64,000 bases of DNA from an uncultured Desulfobulbaceae bacterium (lineage in GTDB: Bacteria; Desulfobacterota; Desulfobulbia; Desulfobulbales; BM004). This document shows, piece after piece, positions 7,389 to 15,368 of the stretch. Under the pieces are notes generated by a model. The model saw nothing but the letters and a program-made list of their open reading frames with translations, searched no databases and was not told the DNA's origin. Both the position numbers and the translations under genes were made by a program. The stretch's first letter is position 1, and every line of letters starts with the position of its first letter. The DNA lies in the NCBI GenBank assembly GCA_947259115.1, contig CAMYKS010000025.1, positions 5,224 through 69,223 on the forward strand, in the 5' to 3' direction.

Positions 7389-9821
7389 ATGAGATTAATG
7401 CGACACTTAAAAGCAATGATTTATCCCACCATATTTTCATCTTTACTGCTGTTGACAGGTTGTGGAGATGGGGGAGGCTCGCTTGCCGACGGAGGCATCA
7501 TAGGGACTGGTTCAATTACAGGCACTGTCCCGGGTACTACCATTGAGGCCTTTGGCGACCAGGGCGAATATTTCCGCACGGCCTCGGAAGAAAACAACAC
7601 GGACAAGCATCCTTTTCTGCTGCAATTACCGGCAGGTGTCGGCTTCTACCTGGTAATGATAATCAACGAAGATTCCGCCAATGAGGTAGTCATGCCCATC
7701 GCTTTCCCCGGGAAGAGGCACGGTGATGTACTTGCCCGTATCACCCTGCAGAAAGGCGATGTTATTGATCTCGGCCACATACCATTATTTATGAACTGCA
7801 GTGACGTACCGTTTGCAAGCGACCCTGATCAGGATTGCATCCTTGACAAACCATTCATATTGAATGAAGCAGAGGAATCCAAAAACCCTCTGCGCCAGAT
7901 GGATGCTGATGATGACGGCCTGAATGACTATGATGATGAAGACCATGGCTATGGTCAGCAAAACGGATGGCAACATGGAGACCCACAGGATCATGACGAT
8001 GATCGTATACCCAATATTTATGATGACGACTTCAATCCCGAGTCCGGCGATGAGGATGAAGACGGCATTGAAGACGATGAGGATGAAAATCCCGGCAATG
8101 TCCCTGAAGACGACGATGATTCTGAAGTACACACCATGTCTGCCTGGAGCGGCCAGGGTATGCACCCTGTTAACCAGGCATGGCGTAGAGGGCATGACGA
8201 TTATGCTGAGCATAACATCGACAGCTGTGCTTCCTGCCATGGAGACGATTTCAGGGGAACCCCCTCTTCTGCCCAGGTCGGTTGCTATGACTGCCACGAT
8301 GGACCGGAACCTGATGATGACTTCAGTTCCTACTCCAACTATGAAAATGACGATGACCAGAACTGTGACGGCTCCGGCGTGCCATGTACCGGTGGTACCC
8401 ATGCCGGATTGACTTATAATGATTATCCGCAAAACTGCCTCGGTTGCCATGATGATGAGGCGCATGAAGTGAAAGGCACCACCCATTATAATTGGACCGG
8501 ATCGGCCCCTGACATGGTGAACGGTCCTGATATTCCCCAGGGCAAACTCACCAATGGGGTGAACAGCTATTGTATTAATATTAAAGGCAACTGGCCTGTA
8601 TGCGGTTCGTGCCATGCCGGCCGCGGCAAACGGCCCGATGATCCGACCGCCGGACTTGATAATATCGACTGCCTAGCCTGTCATAACGAGGAATATGCCA
8701 GGGCCAGAAAACGCTTGCCCGGTGGGGCCATGGGTGTGGAAAACCCTACAGACTCCATGGTGCAGAATATTCATGCACCGACCCGGGCAAACTGCCTCAT
8801 GTGTCATGCCAAGGCAGGCGGCGGCGACGGGGTCAAGCGCGGTGACCTTTCCCTGGCAACCATTACTAACAACGATCCTCATTTTGATGTCCACATGAAT
8901 AGCAGCGGCAGCGATCTCTCCTGCCAGCAATGCCACGAGTTTGAAGCACACCGGGTGATCGGCAAAGGCTCGGATCTCCGGCCCACCGACGATACAGTGC
9001 GGGGTTCTGAAATTGCATGTGTTACCTGCCATGAAGGCAAAGACACCACGGAAGGACATGATGAAAATATAGCACGGCATGTGGACCGGGTGGCCTGTCA
9101 AACCTGTCATATCCCGACCTATGCAAAGGTGGCCACGGAAACCCACCGCGACTGGCGTCTCCAACATGACGGTGAAAGTGCTGACGGATTATCAGGTCCC
9201 GGACATCCGTACACGATCAAGGAAAGCAATCTCATACCCGAGTATAAATTCTGGAACCGCCTGAGCGACAACTACCTGCTCGGCGATGACGCATCCCTTA
9301 CATATGATGCAGAAAAAAACACCTACCCGACATCCAGGCCCCTGGGCGACATTCACGACGAGGACAGCAAGCTGTATCCCTTCAAATACAAGACGGCAAC
9401 CCAGCCCAAGACCAGTGGTGATAACGTACTCATTGCCCTGGACACCTTTGAATACCTCAAGGGATCAGGGAATGTAACGATTGCTGTTGAAAAGGGACTG
9501 GAAGGCATGGGCTATGGAGCAGCTGAACCCTACGAATGGGTGGATACGGATACCTATCAACTGCTCAACCATGGTGTGTCCCCGGCATCGGAAGCACTGC
9601 AGTGCTCCAGCTGCCATGGGGATACCACCCGGTTGGACCTGCAGGGTGAACTGGGCTACGGTTTGAAAGGCGACATGGGAACAGTCTGCACCCAATGCCA
9701 TGGCAGCAAGGGAAAGAAGTCTTTCCTGACGATACATGACAAGCATGTGAAAGATAAAAGGTATGACTGCTCCTGGTGTCATGCTTTCTCCAGGCCTGAA
9801 CGGAACCTGCGAATGCCATAA
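7389..9821 (+). CDS. 12-haem c-type cytochrome lipoprotein with acidic Ca-binding-like linker
   Basis: I counted 12 CXXCH motifs: CASCH, CYDCH, CLGCH, CGSCH, CLACH, CLMCH, CQQCH, CVTCH, CQTCH, CSSCH, CTQCH, CSWCH. Lipobox LLLLTGCG. The likely start is the ATG at 7389 or 7398, not the ORF-track start at 7275. Confidence 0.9.
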   Translation: MRLMRHLKAMIYPTIFSSLLLLTGCGDGGGSLADGGIIGTGSITGTVPGTTIEAFGDQGEYFRTASEENNTDKHPFLLQLPAGVGFYLVMIINEDSANEVVMPIAFPGKRHGDVLARITLQKGDVIDLGHIPLFMNCSDVPFASDPDQDCILDKPFILNEAEESKNPLRQMDADDDGLNDYDDEDHGYGQQNGWQHGDPQDHDDDRIPNIYDDDFNPESGDEDEDGIEDDEDENPGNVPEDDDDSEVHTMSAWSGQGMHPVNQAWRRGHDDYAEHNIDSCASCHGDDFRGTPSSAQVGCYDCHDGPEPDDDFSSYSNYENDDDQNCDGSGVPCTGGTHAGLTYNDYPQNCLGCHDDEAHEVKGTTHYNWTGSAPDMVNGPDIPQGKLTNGVNSYCINIKGNWPVCGSCHAGRGKRPDDPTAGLDNIDCLACHNEEYARARKRLPGGAMGVENPTDSMVQNIHAPTRANCLMCHAKAGGGDGVKRGDLSLATITNNDPHFDVHMNSSGSDLSCQQCHEFEAHRVIGKGSDLRPTDDTVRGSEIACVTCHEGKDTTEGHDENIARHVDRVACQTCHIPTYAKVATETHRDWRLQHDGESADGLSGPGHPYTIKESNLIPEYKFWNRLSDNYLLGDDASLTYDAEKNTYPTSRPLGDIHDEDSKLYPFKYKTATQPKTSGDNVLIALDTFEYLKGSGNVTIAVEKGLEGMGYGAAEPYEWVDTDTYQLLNHGVSPASEALQCSSCHGDTTRLDLQGELGYGLKGDMGTVCTQCHGSKGKKSFLTIHDKHVKDKRYDCSWCHAFSRPERNLRMP

Positions 9822-9897
9822 CATTCAGACGTTTCATTCCGTATCTTTTAAAGTTGAGCCTTGCCGGCTCTCCCCCCGGCACAGGCAAAAACAAAAA

Positions 9898-9928
9898 GGG
9901 TTCCAGCGATCATGCTGGAACCCTTTTT
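9898..9928 (+). terminator. rho-independent terminator of the cytochrome gene
   Basis: gggttccagc / gctggaaccc forms a perfect 10-bp stem with a 6-nt loop, followed by TTTTT. Confidence 0.85.
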
Positions 9929-10095
9929 ATTTGTATCAGTTGATTATCTTTATTTCATGGAGCATTGAAAATTATAGCGAATACCCCGTAATCTGCTGCA
10001 AAACCTAATGCCCATAATACTTGTTAGGCTTTACCTGTATTACTCACCTAACTAACTGTTAAAGATGAAATAATATTATAATGGATTTACAGATG

Positions 10096-10299
10096 TCAGT
10101 TTATGGTTTTATCTGAGACAATATTTTTATTTGATTCGGCCTTAGCTCCAAACGCATGTACATCTTCCACCTGCTCTAAATCGGACTCCCGGTTGACTGG
10201 TTCCTGGATCTCTGCATTCTCAAGAGGTTCACGCGAAATCTCACGAATACCACCACCAACCCTGATTATTATGCTGTCTGCAATCTTTTTCTTACTCAT
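10096..10299 (-). CDS. hypothetical small protein (67 aa)
   Basis: The internal ATG (MSKKKIADS…) is preceded by AGGAGG at about 8 nt. No family recognised. Confidence 0.45.
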   Translation of the reverse strand: MSKKKIADSIIIRVGGGIREISREPLENAEIQEPVNRESDLEQVEDVHAFGAKAESNKNIVSDKTIN

Positions 10300-10719
10300 A
10301 ACAGTCCTCCTTTGATGTCCTCCGGAGATTCCCTCTGAATTGTTTCTGCAGTGAAACACATAACTTCTTTGATCCGCACCCCTGAACTTTGTTCTGCAGG
10401 GTGGACCGTATACGAATTAACCGCTAGTCGAGAGAATCAAACTGAGGCTGAAGCCCGCTCAGATTTTCTGCTCCAACAATTAAAATACATCATGCAAATC
10501 AAGCATTTCATTAAATACTGCCGCAGCAATAATGTTTCAGACTATTAACAGAACCCGTCTTTAAATGGTTTTCGCTAAAACCAACTTCCAAGCATGAAAA
10601 ACCTATAAAGCTCTGCCGTTAACCTTTGTTCAGATATCATTAATATTTTAGTCTGTGAATTCCCATCTGTCAAGTGAGTAGAGAATCATATTTGCCCTGA
10701 AAGCAGGGCTGAGCCGCCT

Positions 10720-10815
10720 ATTTCATGAAAAATTTTGCAAGGTTATATTGCCTATATGTTTTTTGTGCAATTAGGCTTTGATTTATTGAAAAATTTTGTT
10801 GTTACACTTCTGTAT
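10720..10815 (+). repeat. copy A of a dispersed AT-rich element of about 95 bp
   Basis: Alignable by eye with 16792..16885 and with the reverse complement of 38500..38589. Shared blocks are TTCATGAAAAA, TTGCAAGGTT, ATATGTTT and CTTTGATTT. Confidence 0.8.
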
Positions 10816-10860
10816 CTATTGAAGTTGCAGTGAAAAAAGCTTCCTGCACTGGGCAACCTG

Positions 10861-10897
10861 AAAAAAAGGCTTAACCTTGGAGTTAAGCCTTTTTTTT
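10861..10897. terminator. bidirectional hairpin terminator
   Basis: ggcttaac / gttaagcc forms an 8-bp stem flanked by an A-run (left) and a T-run (right). It lies just downstream of the minus-strand gene 10922..11248. Confidence 0.8.
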
Positions 10898-10921
10898 ATT
10901 AAGTATTTTAAGAACAGCCGC

Positions 10922-11248
10922 TCAGTCAACAGATTCCATTATCTTGCCGCAGCAGAGGGGTACTTCCTGGCCTTTGTTGACATTCATGTACTTGTTGCAA
11001 ATGGCGCAGATATAGGTGCAGTCATCCTCGGAAACCTGCTCTGACATGAGTGTTTTGCCTCCGGGCACGCCCTCAATGGTAAAGCGGGCCAGATTTTGCT
11101 TCAGCGGCACAAACTCGCCGATGGGTGTCAGATTCTTTGTTTCATTGACGCAATCGATAAGAATCCGCCATAACGTCTCCATTGAAGTCGTTTCTGCAGC
11201 GTTTTCAGGAACAAATTCAACAACATTTCTGTCAATAGTAATCTTCAT
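10922..11248 (-). CDS. hypothetical protein with C-terminal Cys cluster (CxxC…CC, Zn-ribbon-like)
   Basis: 108-aa ORF with a GAGGTGG Shine-Dalgarno sequence upstream of the ATG and a terminator downstream. Confidence 0.55.
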   Translation of the reverse strand: MKITIDRNVVEFVPENAAETTSMETLWRILIDCVNETKNLTPIGEFVPLKQNLARFTIEGVPGGKTLMSEQVSEDDCTYICAICNKYMNVNKGQEVPLCCGKIMESVD

Positions 11249-11551
11249 GAGTCCACCTCATCTGTTGAAAAAAATTATCAGATAGCAACCTCCATCATCC
11301 TATCAAAAATCAATAACCATTCTCGATAGCAGATACTATTCAACACAGACAACTTCAGGTCAAGTTTTATCTGTAGAATTACCTAAAAAAAAATTAACCC
11401 TGCTTTTTACTTGACTTTACTTTGGGGCTATTTTAGACATCCAAATCAGCCTCACCCTGTCCACACAGCTTTGCAACCATTGACTTCTCAAAAAAAATTA
11501 AAGATACAAGTATTTGCAAGGCAAAAAAAGAGTACAACCAAAGGACTCACA

Positions 11552-12544
11552 ATGAAACGCTCAATACCAATTGCTTTTTTTGCCATTGTTCTGCTGGCAC
11601 CATATTATTCTGCAGAGGCTGCTGCTATCCGGGCCTTTCACAATTTCAACCAGTTACCCTTTCAGCAGATATTCGGCCTTCCCAGCTTAGACAACAGTCC
11701 ACTCACAGAGGCTGGTGACTGGCGCTCCGGTATTGTTACCACTATCAGCAACACCTATGAATATGACGGCTTTGATGAGGAGATAGCTGTTGATGGCGAA
11801 ACTTACAGGTTCAGCCTTCTAGTCAACTATGCTGTACGTGACAATCTGCAGCTTGGTGTTGAAGTCCCCTATGTTAAGCATAGTGGAGGATTCCTGGATG
11901 ATTTCATCTATGAATGGCATGATTTCCTCAATCAGCCGCAAAACGGCAGGGATAAAGATGTAAGCGATGAAATCAATTATATCTATTCGAACGGCAACGG
12001 CGACGATTTCGGCATTGAAAGCTCACAGAGCGGCATTGGTGATGTCAGGCTGAATGTCGCCTATTCCCGCTCCCTTGAGAAAGACAGGACGCTCATCTAC
12101 AGTGCTGAAGTCAAGCTGCCCACCGGTGATTTTGACAAATTGACCGGCAGCGGCGGTACCGATGTCTCAGTCGGGCTGACGATCAACGATCCGCACACCC
12201 TGGGAGACATGAATGTCACACTTTTTGGAGGGTTGGCGGCAATGTATCTGGGCGATATTGACAGCGGCCTGTCTGACGACCAGTATAATTTTGCCATGGC
12301 TCTCAGGGCCGGGATGGGGTGGCAGGCATCAAAGAAATTCCAGCTCAAGCTCCAATTTGACGGCCATACACCCCTTTATGACAGCGATCTCGAGGAAATG
12401 GGGGACCCTTCTCTACAAATCGTCATCGGCGGCAGCATTTTTTTTACAGAAGATGTCTACCTGGACCTGGCTATTACCGAAGATATTATTGTTGAAACGG
12501 CTCCGGATGTTGGTTTCATTCTGGCCCTGGTAGCTAAATTCTAA
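11552..12544 (+). CDS. outer-membrane beta-barrel-like protein (DUF3187-like)
   Basis: The signal peptide MKRSIPIAFFAIVLLAPYYSAEA starts at the ATG at 11552. Alternating beta-strand pattern, a KLPTGDF motif and a C-terminal …LALVAKF. The family name is recalled, not verified. Confidence 0.55.
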   Translation: MKRSIPIAFFAIVLLAPYYSAEAAAIRAFHNFNQLPFQQIFGLPSLDNSPLTEAGDWRSGIVTTISNTYEYDGFDEEIAVDGETYRFSLLVNYAVRDNLQLGVEVPYVKHSGGFLDDFIYEWHDFLNQPQNGRDKDVSDEINYIYSNGNGDDFGIESSQSGIGDVRLNVAYSRSLEKDRTLIYSAEVKLPTGDFDKLTGSGGTDVSVGLTINDPHTLGDMNVTLFGGLAAMYLGDIDSGLSDDQYNFAMALRAGMGWQASKKFQLKLQFDGHTPLYDSDLEEMGDPSLQIVIGGSIFFTEDVYLDLAITEDIIVETAPDVGFILALVAKF

Positions 12545-12607
12545 TTTTTCATTAATACTCATGAGATATTCTCTTGGGCCCCCTCGGAAAATGATAAATT
12601 CCGGTTT

Positions 12608-13210
12608 ATGAAATACTTTTCCAAGTGCAATTATCTTTTTCTGTATTTTATTCTTTTTCTGATCTCATGCAGCGGGCCTGAACCTGTTAAACTGACCGGC
12701 GACAACGTCATCTGCTTTGGAGACAGCCTTACCTATGGCACCGGCGCACCGAGAGATAAGAGCTACCCGGCTCGGCTGTCTGAAATGATCGGGCAGCCGG
12801 TAATCAATGCCGGTGTCCCGGGTGATACCACGTCCAGAGCCCTGGAAAGGCTCGCGGAGGATGTCCTGGATCAATCACCCCGTATCGTCCTTATCACACT
12901 TGGCGGCAATGACCTGAAAAACGGTGTGGATAAAAAAATTGCCTTCAAAAACCTGAAATCCATCGTTGTAGCCATTCAAGCCAAGGGAGCCCTTGTTGTT
13001 ATTGGAGGCATAAAACTGCTTTTCTGGGACCGGGGTTATGAAGAGGAGTATGAAAAGCTGGCTGCAGAAACCGGGGCATTATTCATCCCCAATATTCTGG
13101 GAGGACTCATGGGCAATGAGAAACTGATGCACGATACAATCCATCCAAATGCTGCCGGTTATACAATCATGGCCCAAAAATTTTATAAGGCCATTGAGCC
13201 CTATCTTTAA
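12608..13210 (+). CDS. SGNH/GDSL hydrolase (TesA-like arylesterase), lipoprotein
   Basis: Block I FGDSLTYG, block III GGND, block V DTIHPN. Lipobox LISCSG. Confidence 0.85.
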   Translation: MKYFSKCNYLFLYFILFLISCSGPEPVKLTGDNVICFGDSLTYGTGAPRDKSYPARLSEMIGQPVINAGVPGDTTSRALERLAEDVLDQSPRIVLITLGGNDLKNGVDKKIAFKNLKSIVVAIQAKGALVVIGGIKLLFWDRGYEEEYEKLAAETGALFIPNILGGLMGNEKLMHDTIHPNAAGYTIMAQKFYKAIEPYL

Positions 13211-13259
13211 TTCCCGTTTACTTTCCCCCAACCTATCCGCAACAAAACTACTCACTGAA

Positions 13260-13314
13260 TCAAGGGGTCAAGGGGTCAAGGGGTCAAGGGGTCAAGGGGT
13301 CAAGGGGTCAAGGG
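13260..13314. repeat. 8-bp microsatellite (TCAAGGGG)n, about 6.75 copies
   Basis: Perfect tandem copies read directly. Lies in a convergent intergenic region. Confidence 0.95.
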
Positions 13315-13425
13315 AAACAATATTTGTAAGAATTAGAAGTAAGTCAAGGATAATTTAATATTTAAACCCAATACTCAAAAACCCCATCACACCATGGTTG
13401 CATGGCTTTTCAGCTTTAGGCATTC

Positions 13426-13447
13426 ATACCCTGTTTTTAAGGGTACT
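13426..13447. repeat. solo fragment of the 23-bp repeat family
   Basis: ataccctgtttttaagggt is identical to the reverse complement of the unit in the 36893 array. It is followed by the flank motif gggtact. Confidence 0.75.
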
Positions 13448-13454
13448 CGTCTTT

Positions 13455-14819
13455 CTACCATTTGTTCTTTAATTTTCCGATATCCTTGTCAAGAAATTTT
13501 TTCAGTCTTCGCCGATACCAGGCATGACCTACCCTCAATTGTTTATTGCCTTCCTCTTCAATAGCAGTTGAAACCCGTTCACGCACCCGACTCCAAAGAT
13601 CTCGCTTATACGCTGTTTCAAAGGGGATGAGGTTGTCCAAATTCTCCAGCGTGCGCTTCTTGTACCTGGGCAGTATAGAGAAGTATATGGCTAGACCGGT
13701 CAAACCGAGAACGAGCAGTGCGGCCAAGGAGGGAAACACCAGAACCCTGTCGTCAAAAGCACCTGAGAAGAGAGAACCGAGTAAAGTATTCTGGGGAAAG
13801 CCGGCAATCAGCTTGACTAGCAGGTCACCGAACCAGAAAACCAGGAGTGAAACCAACAAACCAACCTTCAGAGCCTTCCGCATCTGGACTCCAAAGCCGC
13901 TTTTATAGGCCGCCAGCGCCTCGGCCTGCAGGTCCAGTTCCCGGATACCCCGCTCAGCCTCCTGGAACACATGGTTGATGCGCATGGTTGGCGCCGTGTC
14001 AACCTCACGTTTCAATTCATCCCGCTCACTGATCCATGACTCCACACCCTGGGGCGGTTCATCACCTTCTTTGGCTGCAAAAGTAAGATAGAGCCTGGGA
14101 ATATCCTTACGGCCTGTCATCTGAGAAAGGTTCCAGCACAGGGTCCCGTAAGAACGGACGAGGTCAGGAACATTATCACACTCATCGATCCTGTTCAGGA
14201 CATAGAGCACCCTGTCCTCACCCGTTGAACCTGGCAGCGTGCTCCTGATAGCCTTATACGTCTCCTTGATCGTGCCGGCCTTGTGCGGATCAAACATCAG
14301 GATAACCAGGTCAGCCAGCCTCGCCAGTTCTCCCACCACACCGAGATAATCATAGCCGCGGTCTTTTTCTGTGACAGAATCGAGCATGCCTGGTGTATCA
14401 ATAATAGCAAAATTCTTCAGGATCGAAGAGTTCACTTTTTTCATACGCAGATGGGAAAAAAGTCTTTCACCAAAGGGCAGGAGCGGAGCAAAAGGCAAGC
14501 GTTCATCATTAACGATAGTGCCGCCGGGGATCTCCTCCTCACTTTCACCCTCTTCCGGAGATGTCAAAATGGTAAAACAATCATCGGTCGGGGCCTGGCC
14601 TGTCCTTTGCACAGGCATATCGAGGAGTTCGTTGATAAAAGTGGATTTACCGGATGAGTAATTGCCAATTACCAGGACCAGTGGTTTCCACATAAGGGGC
14701 GTCAACACATCCTGCATCGATACATTGTACCGTTTATAAATCGGTGACATTTTACTTCGCAGCAGCTTATCGAGTTTGTTGATAAGTGTTTTGGCAGCTT
14801 TTTCGTCTTTCATTTCCAC
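13455..14819 (-). CDS. membrane-anchored dynamin-family/EHD-like GTPase
   Basis: G1 GNYSSGKST, G3 DTPG, G4-like NRID. Two hydrophobic helices near the C-terminus. Confidence 0.7.
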   Translation of the reverse strand: MEMKDEKAAKTLINKLDKLLRSKMSPIYKRYNVSMQDVLTPLMWKPLVLVIGNYSSGKSTFINELLDMPVQRTGQAPTDDCFTILTSPEEGESEEEIPGGTIVNDERLPFAPLLPFGERLFSHLRMKKVNSSILKNFAIIDTPGMLDSVTEKDRGYDYLGVVGELARLADLVILMFDPHKAGTIKETYKAIRSTLPGSTGEDRVLYVLNRIDECDNVPDLVRSYGTLCWNLSQMTGRKDIPRLYLTFAAKEGDEPPQGVESWISERDELKREVDTAPTMRINHVFQEAERGIRELDLQAEALAAYKSGFGVQMRKALKVGLLVSLLVFWFGDLLVKLIAGFPQNTLLGSLFSGAFDDRVLVFPSLAALLVLGLTGLAIYFSILPRYKKRTLENLDNLIPFETAYKRDLWSRVRERVSTAIEEEGNKQLRVGHAWYRRRLKKFLDKDIGKLKNKW

Positions 14820-15368
14820 CCCCGGTGATCTTTGAATTCGTTATAGCTGTTGGTGAGAATATAGATGACGCCTATAACCATTGCGCTCCCACCTCATTTT
14901 TTAGCAAATAAAAGTATATATACTATAACAGGGTCCCAGTTAGCAAACATCATTTCTTTAATATTAAACCTATCATTACCCTTATTATCAGGGAGTTGCA
15001 AGGGATACTCAGGTGCATTTCACCCTGCAACTGAATCCGTGAGCCGCTCAAAAAACATCAGGTCCACGGAAGAGTCGGGTCAGCCAGGCTTTTCATGCCG
15101 TTCAGACAATGGGCTCCAAAATGGCAAATGTAAGGCCCTGAAAGATTTTTTTCAAAAAGTTCGCCAAAGCACCACCTGCATACACATGGCGTAATCCGCC
15201 CCAAAGCTCCGTATGAAAAAAACAGAGTTAAGCAATTTCAATTACGACAACTCGCTGATCCATAGTAATGCTGTGAGGTGCATACAAAGTTTTGCTCCGT
15301 TTACCCAGTATCTCCAGAATACACTGGGGGACAAACAGTTTCAAACAAAACAGTATTTCGCCACGGAT

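Noticed and set aside
7785-8615. 276-aa minus-strand ORF, plus 7924-8412 and others, inside the cytochrome gene
   Set aside because: They are antisense or off-frame to a CDS that has 12 CXXCH motifs. Their I/V/M-rich low-complexity composition mirrors the D/E-rich codons of the real gene.
10735-10760. Sigma-54-like GG…TTGCA on the gene-sense strand of repeat copies A and C
   Set aside because: The spacing is GG-N12-GC in both copies, and copy B lacks the GG. It does not fit the -24/-12 consensus.
11411-11551. N-terminal extension of the OM protein ORF (TTG start at 11411), and similar TTG/GTG extensions at 7275, 17169, 27338, 28334, 30748, 34975, 52168 and 60823
   Set aside because: In each case an internal ATG with a better Shine-Dalgarno sequence and/or the start of a signal peptide or a conserved N-terminus gives a more plausible start.
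15040-15085. SRP (4.5S) RNA-like string caggtccacggaagagtcgggtcagcc in the helicase/GTPase gap
   Set aside because: It resembles CAGGUCCGGAAGGAAGCAGCC only superficially. The GGAA tetraloop and symmetric-loop geometry cannot be formed, and no flanking helix 5 pairing is present.
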